IMG/VR virus record: IMGVR_UViG_3300025011_000035
Reading direction: 5' to 3' (one strand)
Length of the DNA stretch: 20,000 nucleotides
From: an uncultured virus (IMG/VR IMGVR_UViG_3300025011_000035)
Lineage: Duplodnaviria > Heunggongvirae > Uroviricota > Caudoviricetes
The notes below the pieces were generated by a model that worked only from the letters and a program-made list of their open reading frames with translations, did no database searches and had not been told where the DNA came from. Of this stretch, positions 9,518-17,725 are shown one piece after another (the stretch's first letter is position 1; each line of letters begins with the position of its first letter). Made by a program: the position numbers and the translations under genes.

Positions 9518-10174
9518 TTAACCAGCGGCGAACATGGTCGCAATTTCGTCAGGTAGAGGTAATTCTGCTGGGGTTGCAGTGTCTCCAAATAACAATTTCT
9601 CGAGTGCGACAAGTTTTACAGCATCTACTTTCGTTGAGTCAATTGTTAAGGACGCTGTCGGTCTCTTTCCAGTGACAGCGACCGGCGTGGTGGTAATTTC
9701 CCACGAGAAGGTTATTGCTTCTGGAGAATCATTGATCGTTGAATATGCCTTTTCTGTAGGGGCAGCAAGACAACCATAAATCAGATGTAATTTATAACCA
9801 TGATCGGCCCCTTCGGTGTCATTTCCAAGCGTGGTCTTATATGCTAAACCGAAAGTTTTGCGATCTTGCTGGCCGATTGAAACCCCGACAGCTAAATCAG
9901 CAGAACCATCGCACTCAGCGAATTCATCGGGATATGTGTACGCTTCGATCGTTGCACCGAACTCCTCAGCGGATAAGAGATTTAAATATTTGATATCGTC
10001 GGCGTAAATCGGTGTTGGTTCCGCACCAGATGGACTTTCGGTTACGGCGGTTAAACCATTCCAAGCAACGCCTAAAGGATATGCGCCAGTATTGTCCATA
10101 ACATAGAGAACTCCATTTTTTACACCGGTTTCATATAGACGTTCTCCAGAAGCATCCCAAATAAGTTTAGCCAT
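9518..10174 (-). CDS. Major tail protein
   Basis: 218 aa. YETGVKNGVLY, AWNGLTAVTESPSGAE, YADDIKY, TINDSPEAITFSWE, LPLPDEI: siphovirus tail-tube pattern. RBS AAGGGG. Confidence 0.92.
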   Translation of the reverse strand: MAKLIWDASGERLYETGVKNGVLYVMDNTGAYPLGVAWNGLTAVTESPSGAEPTPIYADDIKYLNLLSAEEFGATIEAYTYPDEFAECDGSADLAVGVSIGQQDRKTFGLAYKTTLGNDTEGADHGYKLHLIYGCLAAPTEKAYSTINDSPEAITFSWEITTTPVAVTGKRPTASLTIDSTKVDAVKLVALEKLLFGDTATPAELPLPDEIATMFAAG

Positions 10175-10186
10175 TTCTTTTCCCCC

Positions 10187-10492
10187 TTAATAATAAAGAT
10201 TGTATACGTCATGATTAAGATTATCGGACGTATAGTGCCTATCAAAAACGCACATAGGCAAGGACTTGATTTTGTCTGGAAGTAAGCTATCAGGATTTTT
10301 ATCAACCACCGTTACGGTATACCCGACTTGATGGTTATACGGTTTGTCGTTTGCAAATTTAGTTTTATTTAGACTACGTGAGTAAATGATACAAGGATAA
10401 CTCAACTTGACGGTCTCAGGTGGTTGAAAATAGACATTGGACGAGCCGATTAGAGTCTCAAGGAGTGTTTGAAGTTGGACCCTGCTCGCCAT
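10187..10492 (-). CDS. Probable tail terminator protein
   Basis: 101 aa with NVYFQPP...YPCIIY, immediately upstream of the major tail gene. RBS AGGAGG. Confidence 0.7.
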   Translation of the reverse strand: MASRVQLQTLLETLIGSSNVYFQPPETVKLSYPCIIYSRSLNKTKFANDKPYNHQVGYTVTVVDKNPDSLLPDKIKSLPMCVFDRHYTSDNLNHDVYNLYY

Positions 10493-10799
10493 TATAAACG
10501 CCTCCTATATTTAATATTAGACGAGGTCTCTGAACATCAATTTTAGTAATCTTCCAAGAGGCTCCCATCCATTTGATGTATCGCATGGTGTGGAAATTCT
10601 GATAAGCAAAGGGATCGGCTACAATACTGATCTCGTTATTTATAGTCAGATCATCATTCAGATTCTCCCCTGCCTGCCAGCGTCTTGATAGCTTTACAAC
10701 GTCACCTGAGTAGTTTCGCTCTGTTATAACCTCCTCCCACACACCAGGCGCCGTTTCACTAGTTTCCGCATAGCCGATTGCTCCATAGAATTTTGCCAT
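10458..10799 (-). CDS. Probable head-closure / head-tail adaptor protein
   Basis: Start refined to ATG 10799 (MAKFYGAIGY) after AAGGAG. Beta-rich sequence ending MRYIKWMGASWKITKIDVQRPRLIL, like SPP1 gp16-type proteins. Follows the capsid gene. Confidence 0.65.
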   Translation of the reverse strand: MAKFYGAIGYAETSETAPGVWEEVITERNYSGDVVKLSRRWQAGENLNDDLTINNEISIVADPFAYQNFHTMRYIKWMGASWKITKIDVQRPRLILNIGGVYNGEQGPTSNTP

Positions 10800-10824
10800 T
10801 TTGAATCTCCTTCTATAAGAAGCG

Positions 10825-10868
10825 TGATAAGTCTTATACGCATGATGCCACACATAAAAGACTTATCA
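10825..10868 (-). terminator. Long hairpin after the capsid gene (terminator, stabiliser or processing site)
   Basis: Perfect 11-bp inverted repeat TGATAAGTCTT (10825-10835) / AAGACTTATCA (10858-10868). On the minus-strand RNA the interior also pairs (one U-U mismatch, several G-U), giving about 20 bp. Confidence 0.55.
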
Positions 10869-10877
10869 ACTTATTAT

Positions 10878-12560
10878 TTAACCAGCGGTGACTTCCAAGA
10901 ACTCGAGCGCAATTGCGGCGTAAGGCTTAATTAGCGCCCCAGAACAACGTGTTTCAATAAGATACTTCTGGGCGTTGTAGTCAATGTCAAAGTCGTCGAA
11001 CATGTTGACAGCTCCACCCTTATCGGCACCGACGTTGTAGTCCGACAGGTTGACGACAATCGCGGCAAGAGTGTAGACTTTACCATCTGTCGCTGTTCGG
11101 GATAAACTTTCCATTACTGGAACGGTGATGATTTCTTTAACCCGTAAAGCCGTGGCTAATTTGTCCACCGAATCGTAAATAATACGACCGGTCGTATCTT
11201 CCATTAGCAAGCAGTCGGTAAGAATGTCCTCGGTAGCATATAGAGTCGGCGAACCAGAACCTTTATAGTTCTTTCTGGACTTAACGGCCGCACGAATGAA
11301 TGCCTTTGCCTTTTGGTCAGCAGTAGCGTTAGCGACATGCTCAACTGGAGTTTTGATGGTGTACAAATCGGCGTCTGTCCAAATGGGTCGGATGTTTCCT
11401 TCGTTGACTTTGTCGTCGGAAGAAGAAAGACGACCGTCCCCAACAAGAAGTGCGCGAGCGATTTCTTCGTCCAGCATAACTCTCATTTCAGATTTTAGCC
11501 ACGCCACCACATCGAAGTCGGTAATATCAACAACATCGTCGCGATCGAGTTTCTGTTTCTTGTAAATGGTTGTCGGGGTAGTGCTTCGCTTAAGTAAGGA
11601 GAATACTTCTTCCACCTTTAGTTTACCTTTGATGTAACCTTTGGCTCGAGCATCGGCCTCAGTGATATCTGCATAGATAGATTTAATGCGAGAGAATGGG
11701 GTATTGTGCACGTTAGTCATTACTTTCTGCACCCAGCCCATCTCTCTTTGGATGAACTGTGGGGTATTGGTAACGTTTTTCGCATCTGGGAATAGGTAAT
11801 CGATATTGTGTGCTAGAGTTGCATCTTTCAAGCTGCCATATCGTTTAGCATCTGCGATAATAGCCTCCATATCGGAATGGCTAAGGACGTCCTTCTCTTT
11901 GTCTTTGTCGAATACGTTTTGTTTCATATCATCGTCTCCTTCGTCATCTTGATTATTGTTTCCGTCGAGAGCTTGACCGATCATCGCGTACACCACTGTT
12001 TTCTGTTTTTCAGAAAGAGTGTTAAACACGTCGGCAACAGTTTCATCATCTTCCGGTGGGTCGGTTTTTGGCGCTTCTTTTTTGGGTTCTTCTTTTGGCG
12101 GATCGGCATGAAATAATTCCACTTTTTCGCTAGTATAAATCACGGCTTCTTCGTCAGATTCTTCGCCGTGAATCATAACCGAATCAATGAATGCTCCGGG
12201 GTTTGCGCCAGAGAGCACCAAACTTAACTCGCGAATCGCCCCATGAACAACGTTATCGCCCTTCTGTCTTAGTTGGTTTGCGTATATTGACAGAGCTGAA
12301 ACATCGCCATGTTTAACTAATAGTTTTGCGTTCTTTCCGGCTTCTGTTTCGTTAAAAACACAATAAGCGTAGACCCCCTCTTTTCGATTCTCCAATAATG
12401 CGTGACCAAGCACGTTCATCGGACCATCGTGCTGGTGATTCCACACCATAGGGACCGTTTGGCCGTCGTTATGTTTAAACGCGTCTTGTAGAATTGTTCG
12501 ACCGTCGGAGCATTTAAGGTTGTTCCGAGTCGCCCATCCACTAAAATCATACTTTTCCAA
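10878..12560 (-). CDS. Fused prohead protease / scaffold / major capsid protein
   Basis: 560 aa, TTG start after GAAGGAG. N-terminal HK97-type protease (FSGWAT, VWNHQH, LSIYA, IRELSLVLSGANPGAFI), then an acidic Pro-rich linker, then an HK97-fold capsid region (LDEEIARALLVGDG, FDDFDIDYN...YLIETR). Confidence 0.92.
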   Translation of the reverse strand: MEKYDFSGWATRNNLKCSDGRTILQDAFKHNDGQTVPMVWNHQHDGPMNVLGHALLENRKEGVYAYCVFNETEAGKNAKLLVKHGDVSALSIYANQLRQKGDNVVHGAIRELSLVLSGANPGAFIDSVMIHGEESDEEAVIYTSEKVELFHADPPKEEPKKEAPKTDPPEDDETVADVFNTLSEKQKTVVYAMIGQALDGNNNQDDEGDDDMKQNVFDKDKEKDVLSHSDMEAIIADAKRYGSLKDATLAHNIDYLFPDAKNVTNTPQFIQREMGWVQKVMTNVHNTPFSRIKSIYADITEADARAKGYIKGKLKVEEVFSLLKRSTTPTTIYKKQKLDRDDVVDITDFDVVAWLKSEMRVMLDEEIARALLVGDGRLSSSDDKVNEGNIRPIWTDADLYTIKTPVEHVANATADQKAKAFIRAAVKSRKNYKGSGSPTLYATEDILTDCLLMEDTTGRIIYDSVDKLATALRVKEIITVPVMESLSRTATDGKVYTLAAIVVNLSDYNVGADKGGAVNMFDDFDIDYNAQKYLIETRCSGALIKPYAAIALEFLEVTAG

Positions 12561-12586
12561 TTTTAATTTCTCCTTCCATTTTGAGG

Positions 12587-13789
12587 TTATACAAGGGTAA
12601 TATCTTCAGCCGGTTTACTTATGTTCTTGTTTTTAAGTTCGTCGGCCTTTGGATCATCGGAGGGTTTCATACCGATAATTTGTCTAAATTCATTCGACGA
12701 TAAGATCTCGTTTCGAGTGAACTTATCGGCAATCTCTGCCAAGTCGTTAACCGGTACAAGTTTGAATGGATCTTTAAACACTAAGATTGACTGAAACTGG
12801 GATCTTGCGGTTTTGGTCAAGAATTTTCGTTTCATTTCGTCAACTATGGCGGAGACAATTGGTTCGATGGTTCGATTGTAATAATTAAGCATCGTCTTCT
12901 CGTCAGCCGTACCATCTAATATGCTCTGAGTGATTCCTAATTGGCTATACAGCATACTCATTAGAAATTCAATCTGACCCATTAGATTGTTCTCTACTGA
13001 CCGATTCAACTGTGTGATGCGCTCTGTTCCATCAGTATAAGCTATACCATACTTAGACCCAGCCAACTGATTCTCTATATCGGCGCGTCGAAGTTCGGCT
13101 TGTTCTCGCCTAGCTGTCGTCTTGATGACGTACGGCAATTGAATTATTAAATCTAGTTTTCCAGAACCGCTTTGAATGTCTATTGCGTCTAACAAATTCA
13201 ACTTCGAGATCAAGCGTTTTAAAGTTGAATTTGGCTCATTCATAATAGCATATAAAGGATTCTCAATAATCGCCACAGTATTTTTAGGTAATGGAATATC
13301 CTCTTTTAAGCCGGTTTTCTCGTTATAAACTTGGACGCGTATGGAGTTCGGATACCACTGTAGAATCTTGCCAGTTCGAACCGAGTTAATATCGTACGAA
13401 CCCGTAATTGTCGGGTTAAACGTCGTATCTGTCGGGACAATGGCGATGCATCCTTCATCCAAAATAGACATAACGGCGTCTTGAATAAATGCGCGTCCTG
13501 TCTGATCAACATTGGCATCTGAGGTTAAACAAGTATTCAATCCAGACTCGATAACCGATATGAACCGGTTGTTCTGGTCTAGTCGAACATGCTGTATACT
13601 TAATGCAGCGGCGTCAATAGCGATGCGATTGTACACGGCAGTAATGATTGACCGCTCATTTCCGCGAGTAAGTCTTGGTCTATCGGGCCTATTAGAATAT
13701 CCCATACCATTGGTTCCGTAATATGGATCAGGGTCTTTATTAAAGAAGACGTTCCATGCATGTTTTAATCTGGAACCAACTGATTCCAA
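12587..13789 (-). CDS. Portal protein
   Basis: 400 aa, TTG start after AAAGGAGG. AVYNRIAIDAA, NPLYAIMNEPNSTL, YYNRTIEPI, ILSSNEFRQIIGMKP; lies just upstream of the protease-capsid gene. Confidence 0.92.
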   Translation of the reverse strand: MESVGSRLKHAWNVFFNKDPDPYYGTNGMGYSNRPDRPRLTRGNERSIITAVYNRIAIDAAALSIQHVRLDQNNRFISVIESGLNTCLTSDANVDQTGRAFIQDAVMSILDEGCIAIVPTDTTFNPTITGSYDINSVRTGKILQWYPNSIRVQVYNEKTGLKEDIPLPKNTVAIIENPLYAIMNEPNSTLKRLISKLNLLDAIDIQSGSGKLDLIIQLPYVIKTTARREQAELRRADIENQLAGSKYGIAYTDGTERITQLNRSVENNLMGQIEFLMSMLYSQLGITQSILDGTADEKTMLNYYNRTIEPIVSAIVDEMKRKFLTKTARSQFQSILVFKDPFKLVPVNDLAEIADKFTRNEILSSNEFRQIIGMKPSDDPKADELKNKNISKPAEDITLV

Positions 13790-13830
13790 TATCTTTTCAC
13801 CTCCTTTGAATGGTCTTGATTATACGGCGG

Positions 13831-14478
13831 TTATCGTCTTCGATTATCAATAATGGCCGTCTTCAAATCACTAGACTGCCAAACGACATTATCGACCCTT
13901 TGTGGAAGAATATTCGCGCCCCAACGTTTAAAGTTTGCTTCGTTTTTTGCTCGTGTAGCATTGACTTGTTTTGCTTTCATTCCAAGTGCCCATTTGCCAA
14001 TATACGCGGCCTTTACGGCGAAGACTACACCTGCTTCTATACCGTCTTCTTTAGTTGTTATTCTGCGTTTACTTCCAGGTTTTAGTTTACCTTCGTCGGT
14101 ATATCGAGTGGCAGCAGACTTAGCAAGGCGGTCTTTAAGGACCACTTTTCCCGCGGTATATGCCGATATTTGAGCAATCCTGATGGCGATATCTTTTTTA
14201 TTTGCTGGAAATTTACCAGTTAGGACATCTTTAATGATCATTTGAGAAGTGGCATTAACTGCGGTTTTTGCTACACGCATACCAACGCCTCGACTTCGAT
14301 AATTAAATCTAGCGGCGTCAGATGTTCCTTGGAGACTCTTATTGTTATTTAAAGCGGTTAATTTTTTCTGAAATTCCTTTTCTTTTTGTTTCGACGACGA
14401 TTTACTTTTTGAAGACGCGCCTCGTTTTCCCCAATGCATACCGAGGACTCCAAAATGCCGTAGATAATTATCTTCCAT
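13831..14478 (-). CDS. Basic hypothetical protein with N-terminal HFGxxGMxWG tag
   Basis: 215 aa, RBS AAGGAGG. Begins MEDNYLRHFGVLGMHWGKRG; Lys/Arg-rich. Confidence 0.8.
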   Translation of the reverse strand: MEDNYLRHFGVLGMHWGKRGASSKSKSSSKQKEKEFQKKLTALNNNKSLQGTSDAARFNYRSRGVGMRVAKTAVNATSQMIIKDVLTGKFPANKKDIAIRIAQISAYTAGKVVLKDRLAKSAATRYTDEGKLKPGSKRRITTKEDGIEAGVVFAVKAAYIGKWALGMKAKQVNATRAKNEANFKRWGANILPQRVDNVVWQSSDLKTAIIDNRRR

Positions 14479-14495
14479 TTTGAACCGACACCTCC

Positions 14496-15482
14496 TTAGT
14501 AAGCTGAGCCAAGCGAAATACGACGCCAGTTCTTATCAGAGGTCGTGTTGGCAGCTACGCATTTGTATAGATACGACGCGTCAACCATTATAGCATCTAT
14601 GTCGCCGACCGTGCCGTTAACCCCTCCAGACAACGCGACAGCTCCTTCTGTAAACGCACCGTTGGCCATGGTTTCGCTAACGATAATGGCGTTACCAATG
14701 GTTCCAGCAACATCGGCGGTAAGGTCTATACTATCGCCAGTACCATCAGCAGCACCGACTCCTTGTGTGTCAGACATAGTGATGGCAGCTACTAGCGCTG
14801 TCACAGCATTCGTAGCTGTACAATTCGCGCCAGTCGCTAATGTTACTCCAGCAAATACATTTGTTACATCCGTGAACGTTTCTGTGGTAACAATTGCATC
14901 GCCAGAAACACCCCCGATTAAAGCTGTAATCACGCAATCGTTTACTACAAAATTAGAAGCTGTAACTAGAGGATGTGGATCGTTAACCTCATCGACACCA
15001 TTGATGGCGGCTACGATCGCTAGTTTCGAAGTGGCTAAATCTGTTGCGATTGAGATTTCACCGTCAGCATTGTTAGTTCCAACGGGAACAAATGTGTACA
15101 CTTTCTCACCAATAGTCATAGTGTCACCACTGGTTGGTCGAGCAGCGATCGTTAAGGCTATGGACGATTTGGTTGTGCTGGCGGTGATATTGACCGCTAT
15201 GTTTGTTGATACCGTTTTTATTTGAGCAGTGTCTGATAGAAATTCATACACATCGGTTCCTGCTACGGCTGGGTTATTAATGGTCACGGTCTCGCCATGA
15301 ATTACAACTCCTGATATCGCAAGGTTTTTTGAGGCATTCACGGCATTCACGGCTGTTCCAGAGACAACTATGTTGTTAATGGAATCGATGATGGATTTTA
15401 TTTTACCACCTAATTTCATTCGCTGAGTGTTTACGTTAATGTTATCTAAGTCTAGGACTTCCACGGCGGTAAGATTATTCAT
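14496..15482 (-). CDS. Putative virion fibre / decoration protein with internal duplication
   Basis: 328 aa, RBS AAGGAG. Rich in Ala/Thr/Val/Gly. C-terminal GTVGD...DASYLYKCVAANT...WRRISL motif of the kind seen in phage fibre proteins. Confidence 0.55.
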   Translation of the reverse strand: MNNLTAVEVLDLDNINVNTQRMKLGGKIKSIIDSINNIVVSGTAVNAVNASKNLAISGVVIHGETVTINNPAVAGTDVYEFLSDTAQIKTVSTNIAVNITASTTKSSIALTIAARPTSGDTMTIGEKVYTFVPVGTNNADGEISIATDLATSKLAIVAAINGVDEVNDPHPLVTASNFVVNDCVITALIGGVSGDAIVTTETFTDVTNVFAGVTLATGANCTATNAVTALVAAITMSDTQGVGAADGTGDSIDLTADVAGTIGNAIIVSETMANGAFTEGAVALSGGVNGTVGDIDAIMVDASYLYKCVAANTTSDKNWRRISLGSAY

Positions 15483-15498
15483 AATTAATTCGCTCCTT

Positions 15499-15957
15499 TT
15501 ATTTTATAATCATATTAATTACTTTAGTGAGATGTTTATACAAAAACGCATCAACGGTCGGTTTATTTCTCTGATAGGCATAAGATGCCGCCGCTATTGT
15601 TAACGGCCCAGTAATTCCCATAAATTGTTTTACCGTAACTCGTGCTCGGTATGAGGTGTCCTTTATTTTACGTGTTCGAACTGCTTTTTTTGCAGCGTTG
15701 CTATAATCAACTTTTCCCAGAGCCTTGTTAAATTCACTTTCATAATTAGGAATTATTTTCTTTTTTTTATCCAATTCCGCCTTTAATAGTTTACGATTTG
15801 TTCCAGCTGTTTTTCCATAAAACATTTTAGCTTCGGCATGTCGCTTAGCATCTTTTTCAGCCAAACGCGTTGTAGATCTGTCTACTCCATTCTGTGATTT
15901 TCTTCTACCCCAATGCATGCCAATAATGCCAAAATGCTGTAACTGATTTTTATCCAT
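15499..15957 (-). CDS. Basic hypothetical protein with N-terminal HFGxxGMxWG tag
   Basis: Start refined to ATG 15957 after AAGGGGG, just past the TerL stop. Begins MDKNQLQHFGIIGMHWGRRK; 152 aa, Lys/Arg-rich. Confidence 0.8.
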   Translation of the reverse strand: MDKNQLQHFGIIGMHWGRRKSQNGVDRSTTRLAEKDAKRHAEAKMFYGKTAGTNRKLLKAELDKKKKIIPNYESEFNKALGKVDYSNAAKKAVRTRKIKDTSYRARVTVKQFMGITGPLTIAAASYAYQRNKPTVDAFLYKHLTKVINMIIK

Positions 15958-15967
15958 AGTCGCCCCC

Positions 15968-17713
15968 TTATTCAAACGCGTCTTTATTTGCTTTATATGA
16001 GACATAAGCGTCCATCAAAGCAGAAACGCTATCGATCTTTTGTGCGTAACGTTTCTTTAGCAATTTACGATTACCATTAGTGTCCTCGAGGGTTATGGAA
16101 TTTCCCATAGCAAACGTCATAAGCGCTTGATCGAAAACCAACATTCGTTCTTCGGCTAGTATTTTCAATTCACCTAATGGTACCGATTCGGTTTTTGTTC
16201 CCTGTATAACCTTGTCTATACCGTAAGGTCCATTTTCAGTTTCCCACCTAGTTACGAATTCTTTAGCGTTATATGGGTCGAATCCAAAGCAACGTACGTC
16301 GTAACTCGAATCGAGTATGTACTTGTCGAGATCTTCGTACACTTCCATCGTGTCAAGGACCGTACCTTCCAGTACAATCAAACTACCCTCTTCTAGGAAC
16401 TCGTTATATTTGATACGCATGGCCCCTGGTAGTTTCATAAGGGTTAGAGAGGTAATATAACATCTAGTCTTTACGCCAAACATTCCGTTTTGTAGAGGGA
16501 ATAAGAATGTGAACGCACAGAAGTCGTCGCCTTGTGATAAGTCTCCACCCATCGCGCATGGCATAGACCAAAAGTTACGCTTACGATGTGGTAATGTATC
16601 TTCGTAGGCGAAGAAGTAAGTATAACCCTCCATGGGTATTCCAAATCGTTTTGCCAGAATATCGTTTCTTGCGGCTGGAGCTTTTTCAGCTCTTTCGACA
16701 TCTAATTGATAGGTTTCGTACGTCACAGTTTGTCCGAGATTCGGATTAGCTTTCTGCCACGTTGCTGGATCGCTAATTTCTTTGATGTCGTCTAATTTAT
16801 ACCACCAAATGGAAACGTGAGGGTTAATGTACTCTCCTTTCAAGATGTCTGCTAGTTCCATTTTGATGGTGTCACCACTACCGTTTCGCACAGTGCCTTC
16901 TGAACTTGTGGCAATGATTATATAGTCATCTAGTTTGGAGGCTCCTTGTTCGATGGCTCCTACTACGTCTTCTCGGATGTCACCGGAAAGCCACTCATCG
17001 ACTGTTGAGACTTTTGGTCTAAGACCCTGAAGCTTATCGATACTCATTGGTCTGACTTCGATGATGGAGCCTGTTAGAAAGTTCTCAACGCCCTTTTTGG
17101 TAGAGGCTAGTTTGACTCGATTGGCTCGCGAACCGGTAGTGTTCTGTAATGAACCCTCAGTCAAGAACTTAAAGAGTGGTCCGCGTGATCGAATGATGGC
17201 AGTTCGTATTGGAGACATAACTTCATCCGCTTGTTTCATCGTCGGGGCTGTGGTAATCTGATGAGTCGTAGTAGTATCCACATTGTGAAAGTATGATTGG
17301 ATGCATGAATCGTATAATGACTTAGCCGCGCCCCTACCGACGATCAAGTACTGTTTATTGATAAGACGTTTCTTAATCATTTTACGAACATACTTACCGC
17401 CATGATTGTCTGGCGACGGTTCGTATATACTTCGTTCGACAAAGTAGTACCATCCGAATACTTGTTCCGCCCATAACTTAAATGAGTCGAGTAATCTTAA
17501 ATCCGCGCCATCGGTGAGGGTTAGTTCGTTCTCGCAGTAATCGACAAAACCGTCAACAGCTCGATCGTCATAATAAATTCCAGGATTTGCTATCAGATCG
17601 TCAATTCGATTCATCTCCATGGAGATTTCTTTACAAACTGGTATAATTCGGTTTAATACGTCACTGCGAAATTTACCATAATATTTTGGAGTTGCCGTGT
17701 TTGATAACGCCAT
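15968..17713 (-). CDS. terL: Terminase large subunit
   Basis: 581 aa. Walker A-like LIVGRGAAKS, Walker B STVDEW, coupling motif IIATSS, WQKANPNLG, nuclease-domain GGDLSQGDD, FGFDPYN, KIDSVSALMDA. Confidence 0.96.
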   Translation of the reverse strand: MALSNTATPKYYGKFRSDVLNRIIPVCKEISMEMNRIDDLIANPGIYYDDRAVDGFVDYCENELTLTDGADLRLLDSFKLWAEQVFGWYYFVERSIYEPSPDNHGGKYVRKMIKKRLINKQYLIVGRGAAKSLYDSCIQSYFHNVDTTTTHQITTAPTMKQADEVMSPIRTAIIRSRGPLFKFLTEGSLQNTTGSRANRVKLASTKKGVENFLTGSIIEVRPMSIDKLQGLRPKVSTVDEWLSGDIREDVVGAIEQGASKLDDYIIIATSSEGTVRNGSGDTIKMELADILKGEYINPHVSIWWYKLDDIKEISDPATWQKANPNLGQTVTYETYQLDVERAEKAPAARNDILAKRFGIPMEGYTYFFAYEDTLPHRKRNFWSMPCAMGGDLSQGDDFCAFTFLFPLQNGMFGVKTRCYITSLTLMKLPGAMRIKYNEFLEEGSLIVLEGTVLDTMEVYEDLDKYILDSSYDVRCFGFDPYNAKEFVTRWETENGPYGIDKVIQGTKTESVPLGELKILAEERMLVFDQALMTFAMGNSITLEDTNGNRKLLKKRYAQKIDSVSALMDAYVSYKANKDAFE

Positions 17714-17725
17714 AGTAGAACCTCT

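Noticed and set aside
10800..10853. ORF-track N-terminal extensions (starts at 10853, 16005, 18835, 8902, 7609)
   Set aside because: Downstream ATGs have properly spaced SD sequences and avoid overlap with hairpins or upstream genes.
14496..15482. Contractile tail sheath protein
   Set aside because: The LSGG motif is sheath-like, but the protein is short, lacks a recognisable sheath C-terminal domain, and the tail module is of the non-contractile Dit/Tal type.
15968..17713. Intron or intein in terL, portal or capsid; alternative genetic code
   Set aside because: The ORFs are continuous, of ordinary length and tightly packed under the standard code.
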